From Candidatus Zambryskiibacteriota bacterium (GTDB taxonomy: Bacteria > Patescibacteriota > Minisyncoccia > Phycocordibacterales > Zambryskibacteraceae), in NCBI GenBank assembly GCA_016180955.1, contig JACPAD010000005.1, forward strand, positions 1 through 57,165: DNA of 57,165 bases. Direction: 5' to 3'. This document shows positions 44,808 through 53,067 of the stretch, piece by piece. Within the stretch, counting starts at the first letter, position 1; each line of letters starts with the position of its first letter. The notes beneath the pieces are model-generated. The model saw only the letters and a program-made list of their open reading frames with translations, made no database searches and was not told where the DNA came from. Position numbers and translations under genes: made by a program.

Positions 44808-45476
44808 CTACTTGCGGAGACGAAACACGACCTCGTTCTCAAGATTCCACCGGTCATCCGGATTCGTTCAGCTGGCGTTGAGCCACGTCTTGCCGTCATC
44901 GAACCGGTGGAGTAGGAACACGTCCGGATAGCCGAAGGAAGCGGTGATCTGCTTCATGGCCGTCCAGCAGACGGTTCCCTTCGGCTGATCCTTCCATTCC
45001 CGACGGAGAGCGGGCCCATCGCCAGGTTCGCAGAGTGCGTGGCCAAGTTCTTCGATCCGCTTCCAGAGTTCGCGGGTCGTCGGCGGTTTGGTGAAGCCGA
45101 GGTCGCGGACCGAGGACTTGCCGAACCTGACGGTCTCCTTATTGCCCGGCTTCCACGCGTCCTTCCCCATGATGTTCCGTGAGTACTCGGAGGCGAACAT
45201 GCCGTTCGCTTCGATCTCCGCGACGAGCTCATCCTTGGACTTGCCACCGACCTCGATCTCGAGGAAGACCGGGAACACCGGCCCTTTCTGCGAGAACTGG
45301 CGGATGAGTTCGCGGAGTGCCGGCGCGACCGCCGGATTCTCGTTGAAGTACTGACCGCAGTCCTCATCGAGAGCGACGGCATTGTACGCGTCGCGGAAGA
45401 GATCGGTTGCCTGTCGACCCTTGCGGCTATCAGCCGTGAGACCAGACGCTTTCAACGTTTTCGACGTCGACATCAT
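44808..45476 (-). CDS. DGR2 target protein, prematurely stopped at TGA 44868-44870 inside the VR
   Basis: AAGGA SD before ATG 45476; 202 aa to the TGA; the frame continues TNPDDRWNLENEVVFRLRK* to TAG 44808. Confidence 0.88.
44809..44945 (-). repeat. DGR2 variable repeat (VR2)
   Basis: Copy of TR2 at offset +458. Confidence 0.95.
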
Positions 45477-45537
45477 CTTTATCCTTTCTCTAGCTGTCCT
45501 GATGCGGGAAACCCGCACTCATCAGCTATCTTTACAT

Positions 45538-45566
45538 ATTATACACCCAAACAGGTTTTATGTCAA
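45538..45566 (-). promoter_or_regulatory. Consensus sigma70 promoter of DGR2 target
   Basis: TTGACA-17-TATAAT. Confidence 0.85.
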
Positions 45567-45587
45567 GGACACCTATTTTACTCTTAT

Positions 45588-47267
45588 TTATGGCTCTATA
45601 TTAACAATTCTTAGGCGAAGTTCCGGGCGGTTTCTGAAATAGGATTTCTCTAAGTGGGCGTGGAGGGTGCATTGGGTGGATTTAGGATTTAGGAAGTACG
45701 ATTCAGGAGAGGAGAAGAAGGAGATGGCTTTGATGCCATTCGATAAACTCAATTCTAAGTGATTATTTTCTTTGCCGAACTGGCGGATATTTTTTATCGG
45801 AGCATTCGAGATTTTAAAAATCGGTTTTTCGTTACCAGTACCAAACGGCGCAAATTGAGAAACCGTTTGCCAAAGATTTTCTCCAATATCAGCAAGAGAA
45901 ACATGCAGTGCCCTCTCCACCCCCACCAGCCTCCCCCTTATCAAGGGGGAGGCGCCGAAGGCGGAGGGGGTCGGTGAGGTCAGTTTTGCAAGAGCGCTGG
46001 ATAATTTTTCTTCCAAAGTTGTCAGTTGCTCCAGTGTGACGGAGAAACCGCCCGCACCGGCATGTCCTCCAAACTCGGTGAAAGATTCTTTCGCGCCTTC
46101 CATAAGTTGGAAAAGGTCATAGCCATTATATGAGCGGCATGAACCCTTGAGCATATTGTCTCCATCCCGTCCCCAAACGAAAACCGGCCGCAAGTATTCT
46201 TCTACCAAAGAGTTGGCAACCAATCCCGCCAAGGCGGGACGCCACTCCGGATTGCCAATAACAATCACTTCCGGCAGACTTTCCCGTTTAGACAACTCTG
46301 ACTTGGCTGCTTTGACGATGCTTGCCACCATTCCTTTGCGTTCATTATTGATTCTCTCGAGATGCTCGGTTAATTTTTCCGCCTCAACTTGATTATCGGT
46401 TGACAGAAGTTTGAAAGCGTCTTCCGGCCTGCCCATGCGTGAAGCCGCGTTGATGCGCGGCGTAATCATAAATGCCACATCATCTTCAGAAAGGGTACGT
46501 GGGTCAAGATTCAGTTTCTTAAAAAGACTAGCTAGGCCAGCACGCGGCGACTTGCGTAGCACCTCAAGCCCGAAGCGAGCGAGGATTCTATTTTCATCAA
46601 TAAGCGGCACTAAATCCGAAAGCGTGGCAATACCTACCATATCAAGCGACCATTTCTCCATACCCGCTTTAACACCGAATGATTCTTTGGTGAGAACTGC
46701 TTGCACCAACTTGAAAGCGGTAGCGGAACCGCATATCCCCTTAAATGGGTAAAGACTATCTGCCCGTTTAGGATTAACGATAGCAAAGGCTTTCGGCAAA
46801 GTTTCGGGTGGTTCATGGTGGTCAGTAATGATGACATCAATACCTTTTTCATTAGCGAGAGCAATTTCTTCTGCGTCGGAGATACCGCAATCGATAGTAA
46901 CGATTAATTTCGCTCCGCGTAGAGCACACTCTTCAATCGCTTCTGTATTTAATCCGTAGCCTTCGTCGTGCCGATGCGGGATATAGAAAGAAATATTTCC
47001 GTACTTAATGCGTTTGAAAAAGTCCGAGAGCACCACCGCGCCCGGGATACCATCTGCGTCATAATCGGAGAAAACAACTATGTGCTCGTTACTCTTGATT
47101 GCTTCAATAACTCGATCGCGAGCTTTCTTTATGTCGGGCAAGAGAAGCGGGTCATGAAGCCGCGCGTAGTCAGGATTGAGAAAATGGTCTTGAGACGAAT
47201 GGTCTAGGCCACGCTCTTTTAGCAGCAATTCGAAAATTTCCGGGAAACTGGTGCCGGCGATAGACAT
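45588..47267 (-). CDS. recJ: ssDNA exonuclease RecJ
   Basis: DYDADG, PHRHDEGYG, TDHH, GTLSD-like motif, PRINAASR, GSCRS, FGGHAGAGG. Confidence 0.95.
   Translation of the reverse strand: MSIAGTSFPEIFELLLKERGLDHSSQDHFLNPDYARLHDPLLLPDIKKARDRVIEAIKSNEHIVVFSDYDADGIPGAVVLSDFFKRIKYGNISFYIPHRHDEGYGLNTEAIEECALRGAKLIVTIDCGISDAEEIALANEKGIDVIITDHHEPPETLPKAFAIVNPKRADSLYPFKGICGSATAFKLVQAVLTKESFGVKAGMEKWSLDMVGIATLSDLVPLIDENRILARFGLEVLRKSPRAGLASLFKKLNLDPRTLSEDDVAFMITPRINAASRMGRPEDAFKLLSTDNQVEAEKLTEHLERINNERKGMVASIVKAAKSELSKRESLPEVIVIGNPEWRPALAGLVANSLVEEYLRPVFVWGRDGDNMLKGSCRSYNGYDLFQLMEGAKESFTEFGGHAGAGGFSVTLEQLTTLEEKLSSALAKLTSPTPSAFGASPLIRGRLVGVERALHVSLADIGENLWQTVSQFAPFGTGNEKPIFKISNAPIKNIRQFGKENNHLELSLSNGIKAISFFSSPESYFLNPKSTQCTLHAHLEKSYFRNRPELRLRIVNIEP
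45931..45972 (-). repeat. 42-bp palindromic element inside recJ
   Basis: Minus strand GACCCCCTCCGCCTTCGGCGCCTCCCCCTTGATAAGGGGGAG, read as TPSAFGASPLIRGR. Confidence 0.85.
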
Positions 47268-47281
47268 GTTATTATTTTAGC

Positions 47282-48178
47282 ATGAGCACTAAATGGCAGC
47301 GCGGCGAGAGCAACCTCGAGGGCATAGTGATACTCCTGGTAATCATTATGGTCATTATTATCTCTCCTAAAAACGACCCTTCCGACTCATACCAGGGACA
47401 TGATCCCGAAGCCACAATCTCGAGCTCGGGTAGCTTTGAAATACTTTTAAGCACGGGCAACGCCTCTTACTCATATCAGCCGTATGAAGAATACGTGACT
47501 ATCGAGAATCTCGGGAGAGCGGCGGTTAACATTACCGGCTGGCAACTCAAAAATGGCAAAGACGAGCGAATTTACTATTTGGGCGGTCAGCTCCAGCGGT
47601 TCTCCGCAGATGTAGCCGTCATCCCGCAGGCAAGCGTGTTCCTCTTGCCATCTGGCAATTCTTTTTTGCAAGATATCATCCTCTCAAGCGGCGAGAGAGC
47701 CGTCGTTACCACTGGCTCTATTGGAGTGCGTTCGCCTTATAACATCACGAGCTTTAAGGAGAACAAATGCACCGGCTACATTGATGTCTTGCCAGAGTAC
47801 ACTTTTACTCCATCGCTTTCCCGAAACTGCCCACGGCCCGAGTTCGAACCGGGTATCGAGGGGCTCGACACGCAATGCCGCACTTTTATAAGACGCCTCA
47901 ATAGCTGTGGGACACCGGTATTTGAAGCAAAGGATAGGAACGGAGAGCCGTGCGACACTTGCATCAAAAATGAGCGCCTTTCGAGCCCTTGTGCCGCCTT
48001 CATCAAAGAGCACTTTAGCTACCGTGGATGCATCGCCTATCATGCCGGTGACCAGAACTTTTCAGGCAAAACATGGAGAATTTTCCTCGACCGAAAGTGG
48101 GAAATGTGGGCCAAGGACTATGAAACTATCGAGCTCTTCGACCGTTTTGGCCAATTAATGAGCTTTAGAAATTATTGA
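47282..48178 (+). CDS. Cys-containing surface protein with lamin-tail-like domain and pilin-like N-terminus
   Basis: RG|ESNLE plus hydrophobic helix; EEYVTIEN....VNITGWQL. Confidence 0.65.
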   Translation: MSTKWQRGESNLEGIVILLVIIMVIIISPKNDPSDSYQGHDPEATISSSGSFEILLSTGNASYSYQPYEEYVTIENLGRAAVNITGWQLKNGKDERIYYLGGQLQRFSADVAVIPQASVFLLPSGNSFLQDIILSSGERAVVTTGSIGVRSPYNITSFKENKCTGYIDVLPEYTFTPSLSRNCPRPEFEPGIEGLDTQCRTFIRRLNSCGTPVFEAKDRNGEPCDTCIKNERLSSPCAAFIKEHFSYRGCIAYHAGDQNFSGKTWRIFLDRKWEMWAKDYETIELFDRFGQLMSFRNY

Positions 48179-48193
48179 TACGAATCTACACGA

Positions 48194-48592
48194 ATGAAAT
48201 CGAATGATACGAACTGCATTTTTTGTAAGATAGTTGCCGGAGAAATTCCTTCATACAAAGTTTATGAGGATGAAAATTTTCTGGCTTTTCTAGACATACA
48301 TCCGCAAACACCAGGACACACGCAGGTAATCCCGAAAGAGCACTACCGCTGGGTTTGGGATGTGCCGAACGTCGGTAAATATTTTGAGGTCGTAAAGAAA
48401 GTCGCTTTAGCGCAACAGAAAGCATTCAATACCGATTACATCCTCTCAAGAATCATCGGCGAAGAAATTCCCCACGCTCACATCTGGGTCTGGCCGCATC
48501 TATCAGTCGGCAACCCTCCTTCGCAAAGCTTCGGCGTGGCAAGCAAAAATGATTTCGAAGAAAACGCGGAGAAGATAAAGAAAAATCTTTAA
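48194..48592 (+). CDS. HIT family hydrolase
   Basis: CIFCKI, FLDIHP..PGH..VIPK, IPHAHIW. Confidence 0.9.
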   Translation: MKSNDTNCIFCKIVAGEIPSYKVYEDENFLAFLDIHPQTPGHTQVIPKEHYRWVWDVPNVGKYFEVVKKVALAQQKAFNTDYILSRIIGEEIPHAHIWVWPHLSVGNPPSQSFGVASKNDFEENAEKIKKNL

Positions 48593-48652
48593 TTCACCTC
48601 ACCCGCTCTTCGACGAGCTCAGAGCACCTTCTCCTAGGCGTAAGGAGAAGGT
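48593..48652 (+). repeat. BoxC-like palindromic repeat, copy A
   Basis: ATTCACCTCACCC-GCTCT..AGAGC-ACCTTCTCCT-AGGCGTA-AGGAGAAGGT. Confidence 0.75.
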
Positions 48653-48687
48653 AAATTGACAATGATTAAAAATTCTATATTCTTTCT

Positions 48688-49032
48688 ACAGATCAGGAGA
48701 GACACGGGAATGTCTGATGGTACCTATTAAGTAACTCCGTGGGCGGACCGGAAGCCCGGTCTAGCACTCAGCTTCCAGATAAACGCGGGTGAGGAATCGG
48801 TTCTCGATTTCGAATACCAGAATCGGTTTGGGGCCCGATTTAAGACAAGACTGGGAGAAGACAAGAACCTGGCCACGGGCCAGCTGAGTCTCGAAAGTCT
48901 CTCTGATGGGTGGGCGGCGCTCTCCTGGAGCGGAGGTTGTGGACATGTAATACTGCATAGGTCCAATGCAGAGCCTGCAACCTCAGTTCCCGACCACACT
49001 CTGGCTGTCGCACAAATTGCGACGGCTTTTTT
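48688..49032 (+). ncRNA. Candidate structured RNA of unknown class (alternative: small minus-strand ORF 48761-48946)
   Basis: TTGACA-16-TATTCT promoter (48656-48683), many hairpins, 5'/3' pairing, terminator 49004-49032. Confidence 0.35.
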
Positions 49033-49093
49033 ATTCACCTCACCCGCTTCTCGATTTACTCGAAGCACCCTCTCCTAGACGTAAGGAGAGGGT
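49033..49093 (+). repeat. BoxC-like palindromic repeat, copy B (overlaps the DUF559 3' end)
   Basis: ATTCACCTCACCC-GCTTC..GAAGC-ACCCTCTCCT-AGACGTA-AGGAGAGGGT. Confidence 0.75.
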
Positions 49094-49420
49094 TTGTTTT
49101 ATATGTTTGATTACTTTTTCTAAATTATTTTTAATTTCCTGGTTCTTTATTCTTGCCGTCTGATAACCCAATTCCTTAAAATATTTATCTCTTATAGCAT
49201 CGTATTGTTTATCGTGAGATTTACTATCGAGTTCAATAATCAATCTCGCCTTGAAGCAGTAAAAATCGAGAATATATCCGCCAATGCTATGCTGTCTTCT
49301 GAATCTGCATCCAAGCTTGTTGTTTCTCAGTTCATTCCACAGTATTTCTTCTTCTGGAGTAGAAAATTTTCGTAATTCTTTTCTTCTTTCCAGCAGTTTT
49401 TTGGAATTATGAACTTTCAT
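49040..49420 (-). CDS. DUF559 / Vsr-like endonuclease domain protein
   Basis: LRKFSTPEEEILWNELR..FRRQHSIGGYILDFYC...IIELD...HD..RD. Confidence 0.9.
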   Translation of the reverse strand: MKVHNSKKLLERRKELRKFSTPEEEILWNELRNNKLGCRFRRQHSIGGYILDFYCFKARLIIELDSKSHDKQYDAIRDKYFKELGYQTARIKNQEIKNNLEKVIKHIKQTLSLRLGEGASSKSRSG

Positions 49421-49426
49421 TGATAT

Positions 49427-49467
49427 GCACCCCTCTCCTTACGTCTAGGAGAGGGGTTGGGGTGAGG
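49427..49467 (-). repeat. BoxC-like palindromic repeat, copy C (upstream of DUF559)
   Basis: Minus strand ACCTCACCCCAACCCCTCTCCT-AGACGTA-AGGAGAGGGGTG. Confidence 0.75.
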
Positions 49468-50490
49468 TTATTTAAGAGCCTCGATTCCAGGCAATGTACC
49501 CGCAGCGAGAAATTCGAGCATGGCGCCGCCGCCGGTTGAAACGAAAGAAAACTTGTCGAGAGTACCGAGCTCGTCTATCGCCGCCAGCGTATCGCCTCCG
49601 CCAACGATGGATTCATGCCCGAATTCCGCAATTAATCCAGCTAGAGCGAGGGTGGATACTTTATAACCAATCTCATAGTGGCCTAAAGGACCGTTCCAAA
49701 GAATGAGCTTCGCGCCCGATATTTTCGATTTCAGATTCTCCAGAGTTCTGGGACCAACATCAAGAATCCGGCCATGCTCCACGATAGTATCTTCCGGCAA
49801 GATAATCTTGCCGGTCTTTAAAAGCTCTGGAAGACTAAACTCGCCCTCACTTACCAGTGAACTACCCACATCCTTCCCTTGTTCCTTGAAGAAATTATTG
49901 GCCAGAGCTCCACCAACAAAGATTTCGTCCGCGATATTGACGAACTTTTTCAAAAGCGGCAGCTTAGTATCAAATTTCGCGCCGCCCAGGATAAAGAGAA
50001 ACGGATGCTTGGGATAGAAGGCTTTGGAAAGCTCTTTGATCTCAAGTGCGAGCCGCAAGCCGGCAAAGCTGGGGAGAATCTTCGGCACTCCCACGATAGA
50101 GGCGTACCGGCGATGAGACTCCGGAAACGCTTCGTTGACAAACACGTCCCCCCGACTTGCCAGTTCGCTGACAAAACTTTTCGAATTAGCTTTCTCGCCT
50201 TTATTAAAACGCAGATTTTCAAGAAGCATTAGGTCGCTCGGCTCGATAAACGTCAAAGGAAGGAGGCTCTTAACGTGCTCGAATATAGGAAGAAGCGACT
50301 GGTCGTCTCTTTCCGCATGGCTTAGAAGAATTATCTTAGCTCCCGCTTTTTGCAGATATTCTATAGTTGGAAAGGTCTTCCTAATCTGGTAATCATTTAT
50401 GACCTTGCCGTTTTGCGTCGGCACGCTCCAGTCCACCCGCATCAGAACGCGTTTACCCTTCAAGTCCCTCGCTTCAGTGACGGGTCTCAT
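49468..50490 (-). CDS. pgk: Phosphoglycerate kinase (compact, 340 aa)
   Basis: LKGKRVLMRVD, LLENLRF, GGAKFDTK, WNGPLG, GGGDT, STGGGA. Confidence 0.95.
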   Translation of the reverse strand: MRPVTEARDLKGKRVLMRVDWSVPTQNGKVINDYQIRKTFPTIEYLQKAGAKIILLSHAERDDQSLLPIFEHVKSLLPLTFIEPSDLMLLENLRFNKGEKANSKSFVSELASRGDVFVNEAFPESHRRYASIVGVPKILPSFAGLRLALEIKELSKAFYPKHPFLFILGGAKFDTKLPLLKKFVNIADEIFVGGALANNFFKEQGKDVGSSLVSEGEFSLPELLKTGKIILPEDTIVEHGRILDVGPRTLENLKSKISGAKLILWNGPLGHYEIGYKVSTLALAGLIAEFGHESIVGGGDTLAAIDELGTLDKFSFVSTGGGAMLEFLAAGTLPGIEALK

Positions 50491-51248
50491 GTTTTTGAAA
50501 GTGATTCTGCGATGGCATTAAAACTTTTTGCATCAAGGGAGGCGTGCCCGACCAGAAAGCCTCTGATACCGGAATTTCTCATTAACTCATTGGCATTGTC
50601 CGGCTCGACCGAGCCGCCATAGAGAATAGCAATAGCTTCGGCCGTCTTTCTGCCGAAAAGGTCAGCTAGAACTTTTTTTATAAATATGACGGTCTGGGAA
50701 AGCTCGGTAAGATTGATTGCATCTTTAGCGCTCTTACCTATCGCCCAGACTGGTTCGTACGCGATTGCCGTTTTGGCGGCTGCTTTGGCATTGAGTCCGG
50801 CAAGCGAGGACTTGAGTTGTTCGCGCAGGAATTCAAAATGTTCACCCTCGGCATCACGTTCCTTTTCTCCAATACAGACCAGAGGCGCAATACCCGAACG
50901 CAAGGCGGCTTTAACCTTTTTGGCAATGTGTTCCGAGGTTTCTCCAAACCCGCGGCGTTCGCTGTGGCCTAGGATACAAAGCCGGACTCCAAAATTTTTT
51001 AGAATATCCGGGGTAACTTGCCCGGTATAATTTCCTGGCGGCAGAGAGGAGATATTCTGGGCGGCTAACCGACCGAAACCGGTGATGCGTTCGGAAACCG
51101 ATTCGAAATAAGTGAACGGCGGCGCGATAAAAAGAGTGGTTTTCTTGAAAAGTTTGCGCTTCTTAGAAAGTTCCTTGAGAAGCTTTTTTGCTTCTTCGGG
51201 CGAGCTGGGGTGATTCTTCCAGTTCGCAACCAAAATGGGTTTCGCCAT
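50487..51248 (-). CDS. tpiA: Triosephosphate isomerase
   Basis: ANWK, GHSERR, AYEPVWAIG, LYGGSV, LVGHASL. Confidence 0.96.
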   Translation of the reverse strand: MAKPILVANWKNHPSSPEEAKKLLKELSKKRKLFKKTTLFIAPPFTYFESVSERITGFGRLAAQNISSLPPGNYTGQVTPDILKNFGVRLCILGHSERRGFGETSEHIAKKVKAALRSGIAPLVCIGEKERDAEGEHFEFLREQLKSSLAGLNAKAAAKTAIAYEPVWAIGKSAKDAINLTELSQTVIFIKKVLADLFGRKTAEAIAILYGGSVEPDNANELMRNSGIRGFLVGHASLDAKSFNAIAESLSKT

Positions 51249-51261
51249 AATACAAAGTATA

Positions 51262-52560
51262 CTACTCTATTTCTCTCCAATTCAAAATTTCATAGCCCCC
51301 ACTGGGGCCGGAATCAAAAAGGAGATTAGTGATACCAGTGTCATACACTATCTGGGCGGTGTTTTTCAGCCGGATCCGATACGCCGATACCTCCTTAAGA
51401 TTAACGCTGTTGTGAAGCCTAATCTCACCATGCCCGGCATATACTAAGAGATTCCCTGAAACTGAATTTTTTACATCCATCGCCGCTAGGCTACCCCAAC
51501 CCTGCTGCGCGCTTCGATTTCCTGAAATCATCAATACGTAAGATCCCGGCGAGCCGGAACCCTGGAATACTGCCGAATTTTCAATCAAAATTACACCGCT
51601 GGTAATTGGATTAGAAGGATTGTCTGCAATTGCGACAACTCCCTTGTTGCCGAAAGCGGAAGCGGCTCTAATTGTTGGCGAGTTTCTGATTATGATGTTG
51701 CCCTTCACCCACACATTGCCGTTGAGAGTAACCGTGTAGTTATTCCCAGTTATCTCAAGATCACAATTGATTTTAACCGGACCAATTGTTGCCGTTCCCG
51801 TAATTTTATACGGGCAGGGTGAGGAAATTGTTCCGCCATCCAGCGCTACTTGTTCCCATTCCTCTATCTGCTCATCAGAAATAGGAAGCACCGAAACAGA
51901 CTGGTCCGGACTACCCGGGTAGGAAATGCCGAGTACAGTGGTATTGAAAATGGTTTGATAATAAGCATCCCCGTCGATTTCAGATTCTTTGATAGTGTGC
52001 GCGTACGCAGAGCTAGTGGCATGAAGTTTCTCGATAAGTCCGTTGGCGCCGGCAGAAACAATGCTGCCGCGGACAATATTATTTAATGGCCCAGATCCTA
52101 TCACTCTCCCATTCGAATATACGTTTCCTAGGATTGAGGAAGTATTTTCCATGATAACCCCGCCTGCTCCAGCTTGCACTCCGAAGTGAAAGGAAGCTCC
52201 CGAGCCAATAGTTATATTAGTTCGTACTTTGCGCACCGCTTCGTTGATGTCTGCTGTTGCCACAATTTGTTTACCATCGGATGTATCCGTAGTGATTGTT
52301 GTAGCAATGCCACCGCCGATGTTTAAAACCTCGGTAGATGAGACTGGTTGGCCGGTTTTGAGCCGGTAGAGAACATCTTCAAGGCCTGCTTCTGCAAGAA
52401 AGTAGCTCTGACGCGAAGAGATTAGGTCGGAAGCAATGGCTCGCTGTCTTAAGACCGGGCCAGTAAGACCGAGGATAAGCGCCAAAGAAATAACCAGAAA
52501 GAAGATGGTCGCCACGATCATGGCTTGTCCCGCTTCTAGATGTTTATTGATATTAGTCAT
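51262..52560 (-). CDS. PilX-like large minor pilin / tip protein
   Basis: G|QAMI plus TM, SYFLAEAGLED, C-terminal beta-rich region ending WREIE. Confidence 0.75.
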   Translation of the reverse strand: MTNINKHLEAGQAMIVATIFFLVISLALILGLTGPVLRQRAIASDLISSRQSYFLAEAGLEDVLYRLKTGQPVSSTEVLNIGGGIATTITTDTSDGKQIVATADINEAVRKVRTNITIGSGASFHFGVQAGAGGVIMENTSSILGNVYSNGRVIGSGPLNNIVRGSIVSAGANGLIEKLHATSSAYAHTIKESEIDGDAYYQTIFNTTVLGISYPGSPDQSVSVLPISDEQIEEWEQVALDGGTISSPCPYKITGTATIGPVKINCDLEITGNNYTVTLNGNVWVKGNIIIRNSPTIRAASAFGNKGVVAIADNPSNPITSGVILIENSAVFQGSGSPGSYVLMISGNRSAQQGWGSLAAMDVKNSVSGNLLVYAGHGEIRLHNSVNLKEVSAYRIRLKNTAQIVYDTGITNLLFDSGPSGGYEILNWREIE

Positions 52561-53066
52561 CGCAATATAGCTGAAGAGTAAAAGTCATCTGTGCGATAAT
52601 AAGTACTCGTGCCGCTCTCAATAGTTATCTCGGCCCGAATGCCGAAAGTGTCCGGACCAGAAAAACGATGGAAGACCATACTGGTTACTCTGGCGTTTGA
52701 CTCGGAAAGAGCTCCTAAATCTAGACCGTTTTCCTTCAAAACAATCGCTTCTGATGAGAGGCGGAATTCAATCGTCCGAGAATTGCCGAACTCATCGGTA
52801 CCATTAAGAACAAGTGCGCCGGGACTGATATCAAAAACGCTTGAGAGAGCATCAATGCTGTCGGCCTGACGTATTTCTCTAACCAAGCGTTCAAGGATAG
52901 TTAGAGCAGAATTTTCAATACTTCTGGACGACTGGATTGTACGTTCTGAACGAAAGAGAGAAACTGTAATATTCATAATAACCACCAACATAAATGCCAG
53001 GATGGAGATGTAGATAAGCATCTCTACCAGAGAAAACCCCCTTTGTTTTCTAAAATCCTTAGTCAT
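52557..53066 (-). CDS. Type IV minor pilin (PilW-like)
   Basis: RG|FSLVEML prepilin motif, LERLVREIRQA. Confidence 0.88.
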   Translation of the reverse strand: MTKDFRKQRGFSLVEMLIYISILAFMLVVIMNITVSLFRSERTIQSSRSIENSALTILERLVREIRQADSIDALSSVFDISPGALVLNGTDEFGNSRTIEFRLSSEAIVLKENGLDLGALSESNARVTSMVFHRFSGPDTFGIRAEITIESGTSTYYRTDDFYSSAILR

Positions 53067-53067
53067 T

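Larger units (their letters stand above)
42967..45566 (-). mobile_element. DGR2 cassette (RT, avd, TR, VR/target, promoter)
   Basis: Same layout as DGR1; the 137-bp TR/VR pair has A-biased mismatches. Confidence 0.93.

Noticed and set aside
44868-44870. TGA read as Gly/Trp (genetic code 25 or 4)
   Set aside because: TGA terminates ordinary genes here (recG 6086-88; ATGA overlaps at 7169-72 and 17831-34), and no conserved housekeeping gene has an internal TGA
20561-44945. Cross-targeting (TR1 to VR2 or the reverse) or additional VRs in the window
   Set aside because: TR1 and TR2 share no alignable sequence and I found no third copy by eye; remote targets elsewhere in the genome cannot be excluded
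48688-49032. RNase P RNA or twister ribozyme identity for the structured region
   Set aside because: GAGGAA and AGAACC echoes lack the full CR-I/CR-V sequences and spacing; UAAUACUGC..GCAGAG resembles a twister core but no P4/L4 is present
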